A stretch of DNA of 64,000 nt from the NCBI GenBank assembly GCA_002719955.1, contig PBFW01000053.1:48-64047 (forward strand), written 5' to 3'. The notes beneath the pieces are model-generated. The model did not search any database and was not told the origin of the DNA. It was given only the letters and a program-made list of their open reading frames with translations. Shown here piece by piece: positions 1 through 8,908 of the stretch (positions within the stretch are counted from its first letter, which is position 1; each line of letters begins with the position of its first letter). The position numbers and the translations under genes are program-made. Origin of the DNA: Deltaproteobacteria bacterium (GTDB lineage Bacteria > Myxococcota_A > UBA9160 > UBA4427).

Positions 1-522
1 CCGGATCTCGATCGGATTGTCCAGGGACTCAGGCTCCGGCTCCCCCGTCGCCCGCGCCCGCAAGATCGACCATTCCTCGAGACCCTCGGGCGATCCGGTC
101 TCCGGCATCGCCCTCTGATGGCTGATTCCCTCTTCGGGCCGCGCGAAACTCGCCGACATGTTGAAGATCGCCTCGCCCGACTGGTGAGCGACGATCCGGC
201 GCGTTGTGAAGGTCTGGCCATCACGGATCCTGTCGACAACGAAGCGGATCGGAATGTCGTAGCGCCCCGGTCGCAGGAAATAGGCGTGGATCGAGTGGAG
301 CAGACTGCTCGCTGGGTTTCCCCGGGTCTCGTGTTCGTCGAGGGTCGCCATGGCCGCCCGAACGGATTGAGCGGCGACTAAGCCGCCGAAGAGGAGTCCC
401 TCTCCCGGCCCCGGATCACCCAGAAAGAGGTCTCGGTCCAGGGGCTCGAGCAGGAGCCGATCGCACAGATCGTCGATCGGGGTTCGGCCGGATTCTGGGG
501 CGGGGGTCGTCGTCATGGGCAT
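1..522 (-). CDS. tesB: Acyl-CoA thioesterase II (runs off the window edge; C-terminus missing)
   Basis: Manual minus-strand translation from ATG 522: LLLEPLDRDLFLG..LFGGLVAAQS..HSIHAYFLRPG..VDRIRDGQTFTTRRIVAHQSGEAIF, typical of the TesB N-terminal hotdog domain. Not in the ORF track because it has no stop in the window. Confidence 0.9.
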   Translation of the reverse strand, partial: MPMTTTPAPESGRTPIDDLCDRLLLEPLDRDLFLGDPGPGEGLLFGGLVAAQSVRAAMATLDEHETRGNPASSLLHSIHAYFLRPGRYDIPIRFVVDRIRDGQTFTTRRIVAHQSGEAIFNMSASFARPEEGISHQRAMPETGSPEGLEEWSILRARATGEPEPESLDNPIEIR

Positions 523-698
523 TCTGGTTCCCTGCGAGGAGGGCCGTCGTCGCGCGGCGCCGCACCGTAGCAGAGGTCCCCGAGGTCGAACGCAAACCAA
601 GCGCGTTGGCCGAATCGGGGACGATTGCGATTGGGCGGGCGTTCCTGACTCAACAGAAATGGTAGAACTAAATAATTGATCCGCATTGAAATAAAATA

Positions 699-724
699 TA
701 GTAACCATAAACTTAGAGTTACTA
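699..724. promoter_or_regulatory. Palindromic operator candidate in the AT-rich divergent promoter between tesB and the TetR gene
   Basis: TAGTAAC(699-705)-N12-GTTACTA(718-724) with extra internal symmetry, inside an AT-rich island (about 655-740) just upstream of the TetR gene. Confidence 0.55.
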
Positions 725-736
725 GTATTTATAATA

Positions 737-1453
737 ATGAGGATTGAGAGAATGTCTGTCGGATTGTCCAGGCTGACGAGAGCCTCGAAAAAGGCGCGCA
801 CCCGCGAACGGATTCTTGCGAATGCGATCGCATTGTTTTCAGATCGTGGGATTCGCCGGACGAGACTGGCCGAGGTGGCCTCCGCGAGTCAGATCTCGGA
901 GGCGACACTCTTCAATTATTTTCCCACGAAGGGGCGTTTGGCGGAAGCCTGGGTACGCGGTGAGGTCGCGGCGATCCTGGCGAGGGTGATCGCGGATTCG
1001 CTCGATCGGGACGGAAGCCTGCGTTCAGCGATTCGTGCGGCCTGCCGTGAGATCGCGGGCATCTCGATTCTCGAACCGGCGCTTCGTTTCGAGGCCTGGC
1101 AAGAAGTTGGGCGGGCCGTGGGAACCCCGCAGACCGAGGAGGGCCTGCTCGCGGTGGGATTGCGGGCGGAACAGAAACGCGAACGTGTTCGCGCGGATAT
1201 TCCGGCCGTCGATCTCGCCGAGATTCTGCAGGATGCGATCGAAGGCGGCCTGATCGCCGGTCTGCGGAACCGGGTCGATCTGGGCGAAGGCACGGCCACC
1301 GGTGCTCCGGATGAGGCCGACCTGTTTCGTGCCATTCGGTCTCGGGTCGATCTCGTTCTCGATGGGTTCCGCAAGCGGAACGAGCGGGTATCCGCTCCGG
1401 CACCGCGTTCCGCCTCGCTGCGGCGGGCTACGCGTCCGGGGCCGAGAACGTGA
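737..1453 (+). CDS. TetR/AcrR family transcriptional regulator (start may be 752)
   Basis: N-terminal HTH: TRERILANAIALFSDRG..TRLAEVASASQISEATLFNYFPTK. Confidence 0.9.
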   Translation: MRIERMSVGLSRLTRASKKARTRERILANAIALFSDRGIRRTRLAEVASASQISEATLFNYFPTKGRLAEAWVRGEVAAILARVIADSLDRDGSLRSAIRAACREIAGISILEPALRFEAWQEVGRAVGTPQTEEGLLAVGLRAEQKRERVRADIPAVDLAEILQDAIEGGLIAGLRNRVDLGEGTATGAPDEADLFRAIRSRVDLVLDGFRKRNERVSAPAPRSASLRRATRPGPRT

Positions 1454-1916
1454 ATGTCTCGGCTCCGACGACCTCGCCGTCGCCGGCTACGATTTCGACG
1501 GTCCAGTCCCCGATCCAGTCCTCCCGCAATTCCTTGCTCGACCAGACTCTCCAGCGCGGCCCGCGGACAGCGAAGGGGACCTCGGCAACGGTCTTGCCAT
1601 CGTAGATCCAGCGATGGGTCACGGTTTGTCCCGAGAGCCGCCTTAGATCCGAGAAAAGGAAGATCTTTCGAGTCTCATTCGACACGAACGTGACCTGATC
1701 GACAGGCTCCCGGTTTTCGACTGCGGTCGTGAACTGAGCGAGAACGTTGGGCAGTGCGCTGGGAAGGGTGCTTGCCTCGATCGTTTCGGGATCCTCGGGT
1801 GCGTTTTGGGCGAGAGCCTGCCCACTCCCCCCGAGCAGCAGCACGAGGCCGGTCAAGGCGCCGAGAGCGGGGATCCAAAGCAGCGAGCTGGATTCGAATG
1901 GGGCGAGAGAAGCCAT
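1428..1916 (-). CDS. DUF2914 domain exported protein
   Basis: Signal-like N-terminus; AQFTTAVENREPVD..VTHRWIYDG..VRGPRWRVWSSK..GDWTVEIV pattern. Confidence 0.8.
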   Translation of the reverse strand: MASLAPFESSSLLWIPALGALTGLVLLLGGSGQALAQNAPEDPETIEASTLPSALPNVLAQFTTAVENREPVDQVTFVSNETRKIFLFSDLRRLSGQTVTHRWIYDGKTVAEVPFAVRGPRWRVWSSKELREDWIGDWTVEIVAGDGEVVGAETFTFSAPDA

Positions 1917-2039
1917 CCGGGAATACCCTCCACGCGGGCGTGCTCGCTCGATTGCCGTCGATCGAGCGAGTGCCTGTCCCCGACAGGGTAGCGACTTTCA
2001 CGACGGGGGACGCACATCGATCGGCGCTAGGGTCGGGCG

Positions 2040-2624
2040 ATGGAATTGATCCTGATCCGACATGCCGAGCCGATCGAGGAGGCCCGGAGCGATGGCTCAC
2101 CGGCCGACCCTCCGCTCAGCGATCGCGGTCGTGCCCAGGCCCGGGCGGTCGCGGGATGGCTTTCGTTTCGGGGGATCGATCGGATTCTTTCCAGCCCCGC
2201 ACTTCGCGCTCGACAGACGGCCGAGGAAATGGCGCGTCGGGCGGGTCTCGAAATCAGCATCGACGACCGCTTGCGCGACGCGAATGCGCAGGCCGATCGC
2301 TACATACCGCGCGAGGTGCAAAAGTCGCGTGACCCGGAGGCCTATCGCGCACGCCTCGACGAGTATCGCGGCTCCTCCCGTCTGGCTGGAATCGCGAATC
2401 GCGTCGCCGAGTCTCTCGACGCGTGGACATCGCTTTGTCGGGGTGAGAGGGTGGCGGTCTTCTGCCATGGCTCGGTGATCAACGTTTACGCCGCGCGCGT
2501 ACTCGGGCTCGAAAACCGGGCGTTTTTGGAGCCAGACTATGCGAGCAGCCACCGTTTTTTGGTTTCCGAGATGGGGGTTCGCAGCCTGCAAAGCCTGAAT
2601 GAGACCGCATATTTGCCCAGTTGA
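2040..2624 (+). CDS. Histidine phosphatase (phosphoglycerate mutase-like) family protein
   Basis: LIRHAE, LSDRGRAQA, SSPALRARQTA and VFCHGSVI motifs. Confidence 0.9.
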   Translation: MELILIRHAEPIEEARSDGSPADPPLSDRGRAQARAVAGWLSFRGIDRILSSPALRARQTAEEMARRAGLEISIDDRLRDANAQADRYIPREVQKSRDPEAYRARLDEYRGSSRLAGIANRVAESLDAWTSLCRGERVAVFCHGSVINVYAARVLGLENRAFLEPDYASSHRFLVSEMGVRSLQSLNETAYLPS

Positions 2625-3097
2625 GTTGCAAATTTTGCCTACGTGTTGCCAGCCCGGAACCCACAGGAAATTGACCGCGGGACGAATTTTCTTTGCCACT
2701 TCTCCGGTGCCGCCGTGTTAAGTAAAGAGAGGGAACGAGATCTCACGGCCTGCCTATCCCGAGAAACCAGCGCAGATTGCCGTGGGCGTCAATTTGCTGG
2801 GCTGACCTGGGAAGGGATCGGGAATTAGGCAGGCCGTGTCTCGCTTCCCCCCGCGTGCCCTATGCATTCGAGCATCCCATGGGCGTCCAGGATTTTCTGT
2901 TCAGGGGTTGTGCGGCGCGGAGGACGAGGGAGGGATGGGTGACGTCCATCACGCGCGACCTCCCACACTCGGCCGAATGATCCCTTACCCCCCCTGCCGC
3001 ATCGGCTCGTGTTCCTTCGAGCCGGTTCCTGATCGGGTTCTGCGGTGGTCTGTGAGCCGATCCGGATCTGCAATGACGGATGGGGCAGAGGATCGCG

Positions 3098-4591
3098 ATG
3101 CCCTCCGTCCAACAACTGAAACAGCGCCTGGTGCGGACTCTGAGAGCGAAGAAGCTCGACGCCGCGTTGGGTGCACTCGACATGCTCGCGCAGGAGGAGC
3201 CCGAGGATCCGAACTGGCCCTGGCGCGCGGCACGTCTGCTCCGCGCACGGGCGGATACGCCCGGTGAGATCGCTGCGCTCCGTCGAGCGCTCGAGTTGCA
3301 GGTCGATCAGGGGCTCGTGCTCGACGCGATCGCGAGTTGCAATGCGATTCTCGAGGTTGCGCCGGATGACGCAGGCACCCTCGAAACGATGGATCTGCTC
3401 TACCTCGAGGGTTCCTGGGGCGGGTCGGTGCCGGCCGGCGCTGCTGAATCCACGATCAGCCCGGATCCATCCGATTCGAGGCGCGCTGATCTTTCTAAAG
3501 ACACGACGGGGGCACCGCTCGATTCGCTTCGTTTGACGGAATGTGTGCCGGGCGCGCGCTCGATCCGGATGGGCGACGCGGCGTCCGGTCGGATCAAAGA
3601 GATCCCGATCGACGGGAAGCTTTGCCTCGATGACGAGACCGCTCTCGATCTGCATCTCGACGAATGGTCCTCCTGCCAGGGCTTGAAGGATATTGCGACC
3701 GCCCAATCCCTCTGCCGGCTCGGTGATGCGCGCCCGAGCGTGGGCCTGCCGGGAGGACGGCCAGAACGTGGAGCTTCACTTCGGGCGGAGCTCGCGAATA
3801 TCCCTCTTTTCGGAGAGCTCGATCCCGCGAGTCTGCACACGCTGATCCGAAAGGTTCGCGTCGTCTCGCTCGAGGCGGGCCAGGTACTCTTTCGGGAGGG
3901 GGATCCGGCCAATAGCCTCTATATCGTCGTCGACGGCGCAGTCGTCCCGATTGCCGAGGGAACGCGCCGACGAAAGCTCGCCGTTCTCGAGCGGGGAGAA
4001 TTCTTCGGCGAGATCGGTCTGATGGCGAAACAGCCGCGTAATGCCACCATCGAGGCGCTCGTGGACAGCAAGCTGCTCGCGATCGGTCGCCGCGTCGTGT
4101 GGGAATTGATCGACGAAGCGCCGAGCGTTGCTCAGGGAATTCTGCGTTTCTTGCGCGCGCGTCTGATCGATCGCCAGATGCGCACGAACCTCTTCTTCTT
4201 CGCCTTCGTTCATGCCAAGCGCGAAGCGGTCGCACGCCAATTCCGATTCCTCGAGGTCGAGGATGGGGCTACGCTCATCGAAGCCGGCCGCCCGCCTGAT
4301 GGCCTTTTCGTCGTTCTCTCCGGTTCCCTCGCTGTGATCGAGCAGAGGGGGGAAGCGAACAAGGTGCTCGACACGCTCGAACTGGGGGATGTCTTCGGGG
4401 GGCTCTCCTTGCTCGACGGACGTGTGGCCCCCGCGGATGTCGTCGCGACGGGGAAGTGTTGGCTCGTGGTCTTGGGTGAAGGGCGTTTTCGGAGGATTCT
4501 CGAGGCGAATCCCCGTCTCGACCGCGTCCTGAGACGCATCGCAGGGGAGAAGACCAAGCGCCTCGATCGCGGTTCAGTCGTGGCTCTTTAG
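3098..4591 (+). CDS. Tandem cyclic-nucleotide-binding domain protein with a TPR-like N-terminus
   Basis: Two cNMP-binding folds (LFREGDPANSLYIVVDG..GEFFGEIGL..PRNATI; IEAGRPPDGLFVVLSG..GDVFGGLSLL); AGAGGA RBS before ATG 3098. Confidence 0.85.
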   Translation: MPSVQQLKQRLVRTLRAKKLDAALGALDMLAQEEPEDPNWPWRAARLLRARADTPGEIAALRRALELQVDQGLVLDAIASCNAILEVAPDDAGTLETMDLLYLEGSWGGSVPAGAAESTISPDPSDSRRADLSKDTTGAPLDSLRLTECVPGARSIRMGDAASGRIKEIPIDGKLCLDDETALDLHLDEWSSCQGLKDIATAQSLCRLGDARPSVGLPGGRPERGASLRAELANIPLFGELDPASLHTLIRKVRVVSLEAGQVLFREGDPANSLYIVVDGAVVPIAEGTRRRKLAVLERGEFFGEIGLMAKQPRNATIEALVDSKLLAIGRRVVWELIDEAPSVAQGILRFLRARLIDRQMRTNLFFFAFVHAKREAVARQFRFLEVEDGATLIEAGRPPDGLFVVLSGSLAVIEQRGEANKVLDTLELGDVFGGLSLLDGRVAPADVVATGKCWLVVLGEGRFRRILEANPRLDRVLRRIAGEKTKRLDRGSVVAL

Positions 4592-6265
4592 TTCGCGCAG
4601 GCTCTTCTCCGCTTTCTTGGGGGCACTCTCGTCGCTTTCGCCCCCTCCCTCCTGCTCGGGGGGATCCGTTTCCGGTTTCGGCAGGTAGGGCTCGGCGATT
4701 CCGATCTTGATCGGCGTACGGTGTGCGAGCGGGGTGGAGGCGTAGAGACCATTCAGGACGCCCGTGAAGACGAGTTCGAGTTCGTTGCGGGTTCGCGTCG
4801 AGAGGGCCTGCAGCGTCTCGTTCTCGAGGGCGCGCGCGATGCGCAGCCGAGTCACCCTGAGCGAGCGGACCCCATCGTCGTCGAGGGGACGGAAGCTATG
4901 CGCGAATGCGCGGGCGCGGCCTCGGAATCGGGTTCCTGAGTCTGCCACGCTGAGCACGGTCAATCGGTAGACGAGATCTCCGTAGCGAACGAATGTCATC
5001 TGCGCGCCGAGGCCGCTCGTCGCGCGCCCCTCGATTCGGATCGCCGGCAATTCGCCGATCTTGATTTCACGCCGTTCCCGGATGTGGATCCGCATGTCCT
5101 CGAACTCGCTCTCGATGAAATCATCGACGACCTTGGAGAGCTCGACGTCGCCCCCCCCCACGACCGTCAATGTGGCCTGGGCATCGCGCGCGGGTGAGAG
5201 GGCACGTACGGCTTGTTGAGTGTTCATCGTCGTCCAACCCTGCGGAAAACGGATCGAGAAGCGCAGTTCGGGGTGGACGAACCGGTTCTCGTCGTCGAAG
5301 AGTCCGCCGGCGGGATCGTCCCCGATGATCAGACCGTCGATCATTTCGTAGAAACCGTTCGTCTTGTCGCTCGCGACGCCGGGTACGCGTTTCCACTCGA
5401 GTGTGGTTGCCCGATTGGAGGCGAGCGCCGAGCGTTCTGGACTCGTCGGGTGGGTGGCGAGGAAGTTCGGCAAGCGTGACCACCCGACGACATAGCGCTC
5501 CGAGGCATCGAGTTTGCGCAGAAAGCGGGCGATTCCTTCAGGGTCATAACCCGCCCGTGCGGCCAGGATCTGCCCGCCGCGGTCGGCATCCCTTTCCTGG
5601 TCGCGACCATAGGCGGCGATTCTGGCGGCGCGCAGCAAGCCGATGGCGAGGGGATTCATGCGACGGTTGTACTCGATCCGGGCCGAGGTGTGGCGCTCAG
5701 CCGCGTGTGTGATTTCGTGTCCGAGGACACCCGCCAGTTCGTCCTCGCTCGTGACGAGCGCGAGCAGGCCTCGGGAGACGAAGATCTTGCCGCCCGGCAG
5801 CGCGAACGCATTGGGCGCGCTCTGATCGACGATCTTGAATTCGTAGTCGAAGGGCCGATTCGGAGCGTGTCGGAGAAGGCGGACGGCGACGCTCCGTACA
5901 TATCGGTTCAGCGCCTCGTCTGCGACCAGACCGAGTTCGGCCTCGATCGACTCGGTCTGATCTTCGCCGACCCGTCGGTCGTCGTAGACCGTGTCCAGTA
6001 CGACGCGCCCAGGACCGCTTTTCTTCTCGTTCTCGTCGTCGGCCGGCTCGGTTTCGACAGTCTCCTCGGACGCCTCCTCCCCCGATCCGGATTCTCCGGG
6101 GTGTCCAGGCTCAGCGGGGGGCAAGGCTTCGCCGGGTGCTTGGGGTGTCGTCGATCGCTCGGCTTTTGTCGAAGTCTGGGCGCTGCGCGATTCGGCGTCG
6201 GGTGAGGACGCGCAACTCGCGATCAGCAGCGCGAAAACGAAGACGAGTGCGGCTTTTCCTGTCAC
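4574..6265 (-). CDS. M48 family zinc metalloprotease, lipoprotein (BepA/YfgC-like)
   Basis: Lipobox LIASC; PNAFALPGG, HEITH zinc motif, QERDAD, THP. Confidence 0.9.
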   Translation of the reverse strand: MTGKAALVFVFALLIASCASSPDAESRSAQTSTKAERSTTPQAPGEALPPAEPGHPGESGSGEEASEETVETEPADDENEKKSGPGRVVLDTVYDDRRVGEDQTESIEAELGLVADEALNRYVRSVAVRLLRHAPNRPFDYEFKIVDQSAPNAFALPGGKIFVSRGLLALVTSEDELAGVLGHEITHAAERHTSARIEYNRRMNPLAIGLLRAARIAAYGRDQERDADRGGQILAARAGYDPEGIARFLRKLDASERYVVGWSRLPNFLATHPTSPERSALASNRATTLEWKRVPGVASDKTNGFYEMIDGLIIGDDPAGGLFDDENRFVHPELRFSIRFPQGWTTMNTQQAVRALSPARDAQATLTVVGGGDVELSKVVDDFIESEFEDMRIHIRERREIKIGELPAIRIEGRATSGLGAQMTFVRYGDLVYRLTVLSVADSGTRFRGRARAFAHSFRPLDDDGVRSLRVTRLRIARALENETLQALSTRTRNELELVFTGVLNGLYASTPLAHRTPIKIGIAEPYLPKPETDPPEQEGGGESDESAPKKAEKSLRELKSHD

Positions 6266-6366
6266 GGTCGCACTCCGTCGTTGGGCGGATCCGTCGTCGA
6301 GTCTATCATCCGGACCGATCGCGGGCCTCGGTCGGCCATGTGAGGACGGGTGAGGGGACTCGATCG

Positions 6367-8055
6367 ATGAGTGAGTGGACGCTCCAGAAGAATACGCGGT
6401 TCCCCGGCCTGAAGGGACCCATCGTCGTCTGTGTCATGGATGGAGTCGGCGTAGGACGTCGCGACGGGTCGGATGCAGTCTGGCTCGCTCGCACCCCGAC
6501 GCTCGATCGGCTCGCCGAATCGGGACCGACCGCAGAGCTCGTCGCTCACGGGAGGGCCGTCGGGATGCCTTCCGACAGCGATATGGGCAATAGCGAGGTC
6601 GGGCACAACGTGCTCGGGGCGGGGCGCGTTTTTGATCAGGGCGCGAAGCTCGTCGCTGGGGCGATTGCGGAGGGAACGCTCTTCGAGGGAGCCCAGGCCC
6701 ACGTCTGGCGGGACCTCGTCGAAGGGGTCCGAAATCGTCATTCCACATTCCATTTCCTGGGGCTCCTCTCCGACGGCAACGTTCATGGTCACATCGATCA
6801 TCTCTTTTCGCTGCTGCGTCGTTGTGATCGGGAGGGGATCGAACGCGCACGAATCCATGTTCTGCTCGATGGCCGAGACGTTTCAGAGACGAGCGCCCTC
6901 GACTATGTCGATGCGCTCGAAGCATTGCTCGAAACGATCTCGGAGAAGCCCCGACGCGACTATCGGATCGCTTCCGGCGGAGGCCGGATGACGACGACCA
7001 TGGATCGCTACGGAGCGGATTGGGGGATGGTCGAACGCGGTTGGAAGACGCATGTCAGGGGGGAGGGTCGCGGCTTCGAGAATTGTCGGCGGGCCATCGA
7101 AACGTTTCGAGGAGAGTCGGCTGGGATCGGTGACCAGATGCTGCCCCCATTCGTCGTTATCGAGGGAGAGGGGAAGCCCGTCGGTCCCGTCGTCGACGGT
7201 GATGCGTTCGTCCTCTTCAACTTTCGCGGGGATCGGGCGATCGAGATCAGTCAGGCCTTCGAGTCGGAGCAGCTACCCTATTTCGATCGAGGTTCCCGCC
7301 CCGACGTGCACTTTGCGGGCATGATGGAATACGATGGGGATTTGCATCTGCCCTCCCGTTTTCTGGTCGCCCCGCCGATCATCGATCGCACACTCGGTGA
7401 ATTCCTCTCTCGCGCCGGCCTCCCGCAGCTCGCGATCAGCGAAACCCAGAAATTCGGGCACGTCACGTATTTCTGGAATGGGAACAAGAGCGGCGCCTTC
7501 GACGAAGATCTCGAGACCTACGTCAAGGTCGCTTCCGACGCTCGTCCTTTCGAAGAGCAGCCCGGGATGAGGGCTTCCGAGATCACCGATCGTTTGATCG
7601 AGCAACTGCGGTCCGGTCGTTATCGACTGGCTCGGGTGAACTACGCAAACGGGGATATGGTCGGCCACACGGGGTATCTCGAGGCGACCGTTCAGGCGGT
7701 CGAAGCCGTGGATTCTCAACTCGCGCGACTCCTGCCCGTCATCGAGGATCTGGGTGGCGCGTTGATCGTCACAGCAGATCACGGAAACGCGGACTGCATG
7801 TTCGAAATCGATGAGAGGACCGGTGAGCCGGTGCTGAACGCGAGGGGCGATATCCAGCCCAAGACGAGTCATACACTGAATCCGGTTCCCTTTCATGTAT
7901 TCGTTCCGGGGGCGAAGATTTCGCTGGCAGCGTGTGCAGCGGGAAGTGCTAGGCCCGGCCTCGCCAATGTGGCCAGCAGTGTTCTGTCGTTGATGGGATT
8001 CGACGCGCCAGAGGATTACGAACCGACACTCATCGCTTGTATCGATCGCCCCTGA
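6367..8055 (+). CDS. gpmI: 2,3-bisphosphoglycerate-independent phosphoglycerate mutase
   Basis: VMDGVG, DMGNSEVGH, LLSDGNVH, NFRGDR, ETQKFGHVTYF, NGDMVGHTG, TADHGNAD, SHTLNPVP. Confidence 0.95.
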   Translation: MSEWTLQKNTRFPGLKGPIVVCVMDGVGVGRRDGSDAVWLARTPTLDRLAESGPTAELVAHGRAVGMPSDSDMGNSEVGHNVLGAGRVFDQGAKLVAGAIAEGTLFEGAQAHVWRDLVEGVRNRHSTFHFLGLLSDGNVHGHIDHLFSLLRRCDREGIERARIHVLLDGRDVSETSALDYVDALEALLETISEKPRRDYRIASGGGRMTTTMDRYGADWGMVERGWKTHVRGEGRGFENCRRAIETFRGESAGIGDQMLPPFVVIEGEGKPVGPVVDGDAFVLFNFRGDRAIEISQAFESEQLPYFDRGSRPDVHFAGMMEYDGDLHLPSRFLVAPPIIDRTLGEFLSRAGLPQLAISETQKFGHVTYFWNGNKSGAFDEDLETYVKVASDARPFEEQPGMRASEITDRLIEQLRSGRYRLARVNYANGDMVGHTGYLEATVQAVEAVDSQLARLLPVIEDLGGALIVTADHGNADCMFEIDERTGEPVLNARGDIQPKTSHTLNPVPFHVFVPGAKISLAACAAGSARPGLANVASSVLSLMGFDAPEDYEPTLIACIDRP

Positions 8056-8132
8056 GCGCAGCGGTGATCACGGGTCCCGCAGCGGTTCCGAGCGGGGCGA
8101 TCTCCTCTTCAGATTCGACCTGGGGAGGGCTT

Positions 8133-8609
8133 CTATAAGGTGTCGGTCATCTTGCCCACGAGCCGAGTGAACTCATCCTGCTCCGATTCCGGCAGGACCT
8201 GCTTGATGTGCCCGACCAGCCCCATCAAGCTCTCATGGCAGCGCCGCAGCGCGTCCACGGCGGCGGGGGTGGATTCGAGTACGACCGAGCGACGATCGTC
8301 TGGATTCGGGTGACGGGTGACGAGTCCGCGCGCCTGCAGCCGGTCGACGATCGCGGTCATCGTGCTGCGAGGGAGGTTGAGATCCGCGACGAGACGCTTG
8401 ACGCTGGTTGGCCCGGAGGCCGCCAGCAGCGCCACGAGATCGAGTTCTCTTCCAAATAATCCCGTCGATGATTCGAGATCGACACTTCTCAGTCGCAATC
8501 TCAGACTCATGTGAACCAGGAGTTCGAGGAGCTTGTGGTCTCGATCCGACACGGGCGGGGTAGGCGGCGACGGGCCGGGTTGGGACGAGCCTTGTTCGAG
8601 CGCATTCAT
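8133..8609 (-). CDS. MarR family transcriptional regulator
   Basis: wHTH: LNLPRSTMTAIVDRLQARGLVTRHPNPDDRRSVVL; start uncertain. Confidence 0.9.
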   Translation of the reverse strand: MNALEQGSSQPGPSPPTPPVSDRDHKLLELLVHMSLRLRLRSVDLESSTGLFGRELDLVALLAASGPTSVKRLVADLNLPRSTMTAIVDRLQARGLVTRHPNPDDRRSVVLESTPAAVDALRRCHESLMGLVGHIKQVLPESEQDEFTRLVGKMTDTL

Positions 8610-8664
8610 TGCGGCCCTCCGAACACCCAGATGGGAGGCGGGTTCAGCGTCATGGTGGGTATTA

Positions 8665-8682
8665 CGTTCGAATGAGCGAACG
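8665..8682. promoter_or_regulatory. Inverted repeat, candidate MarR operator
   Basis: CGTTCG-aatgag-CGAACG in the divergent MarR / CoA-transferase intergenic region. Confidence 0.4.
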
Positions 8683-8908
8683 GTTTCATTCCATGACAAA
8701 CCGCAGATTCGGGCCACGAGCGGAGCGCGCGTATCGAGCAGGGGGCAGGCGCAGATGGTGGTGCATTATCTCCCGCGGGGTGGTCGCGCCGGTCTACAGC
8801 GTCTTTCGGCGCACGCGGTTCCGCTTGAGCGCCGGTGGCGAGCGGGGTACGTTGCGCGGCCCGAAAACAACTCGCGGTCATTTAATGGCCCCAGAATAGG
8901 AATCGCCC

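Noticed and set aside
2625-3097. Long intergenic regions as possible riboswitches or ncRNAs (also 32149-32516, 44335-44713, 55330-55592)
   Set aside because: No recognisable riboswitch, tRNA or sigma54 consensus by eye; an Rfam/Infernal scan would be needed
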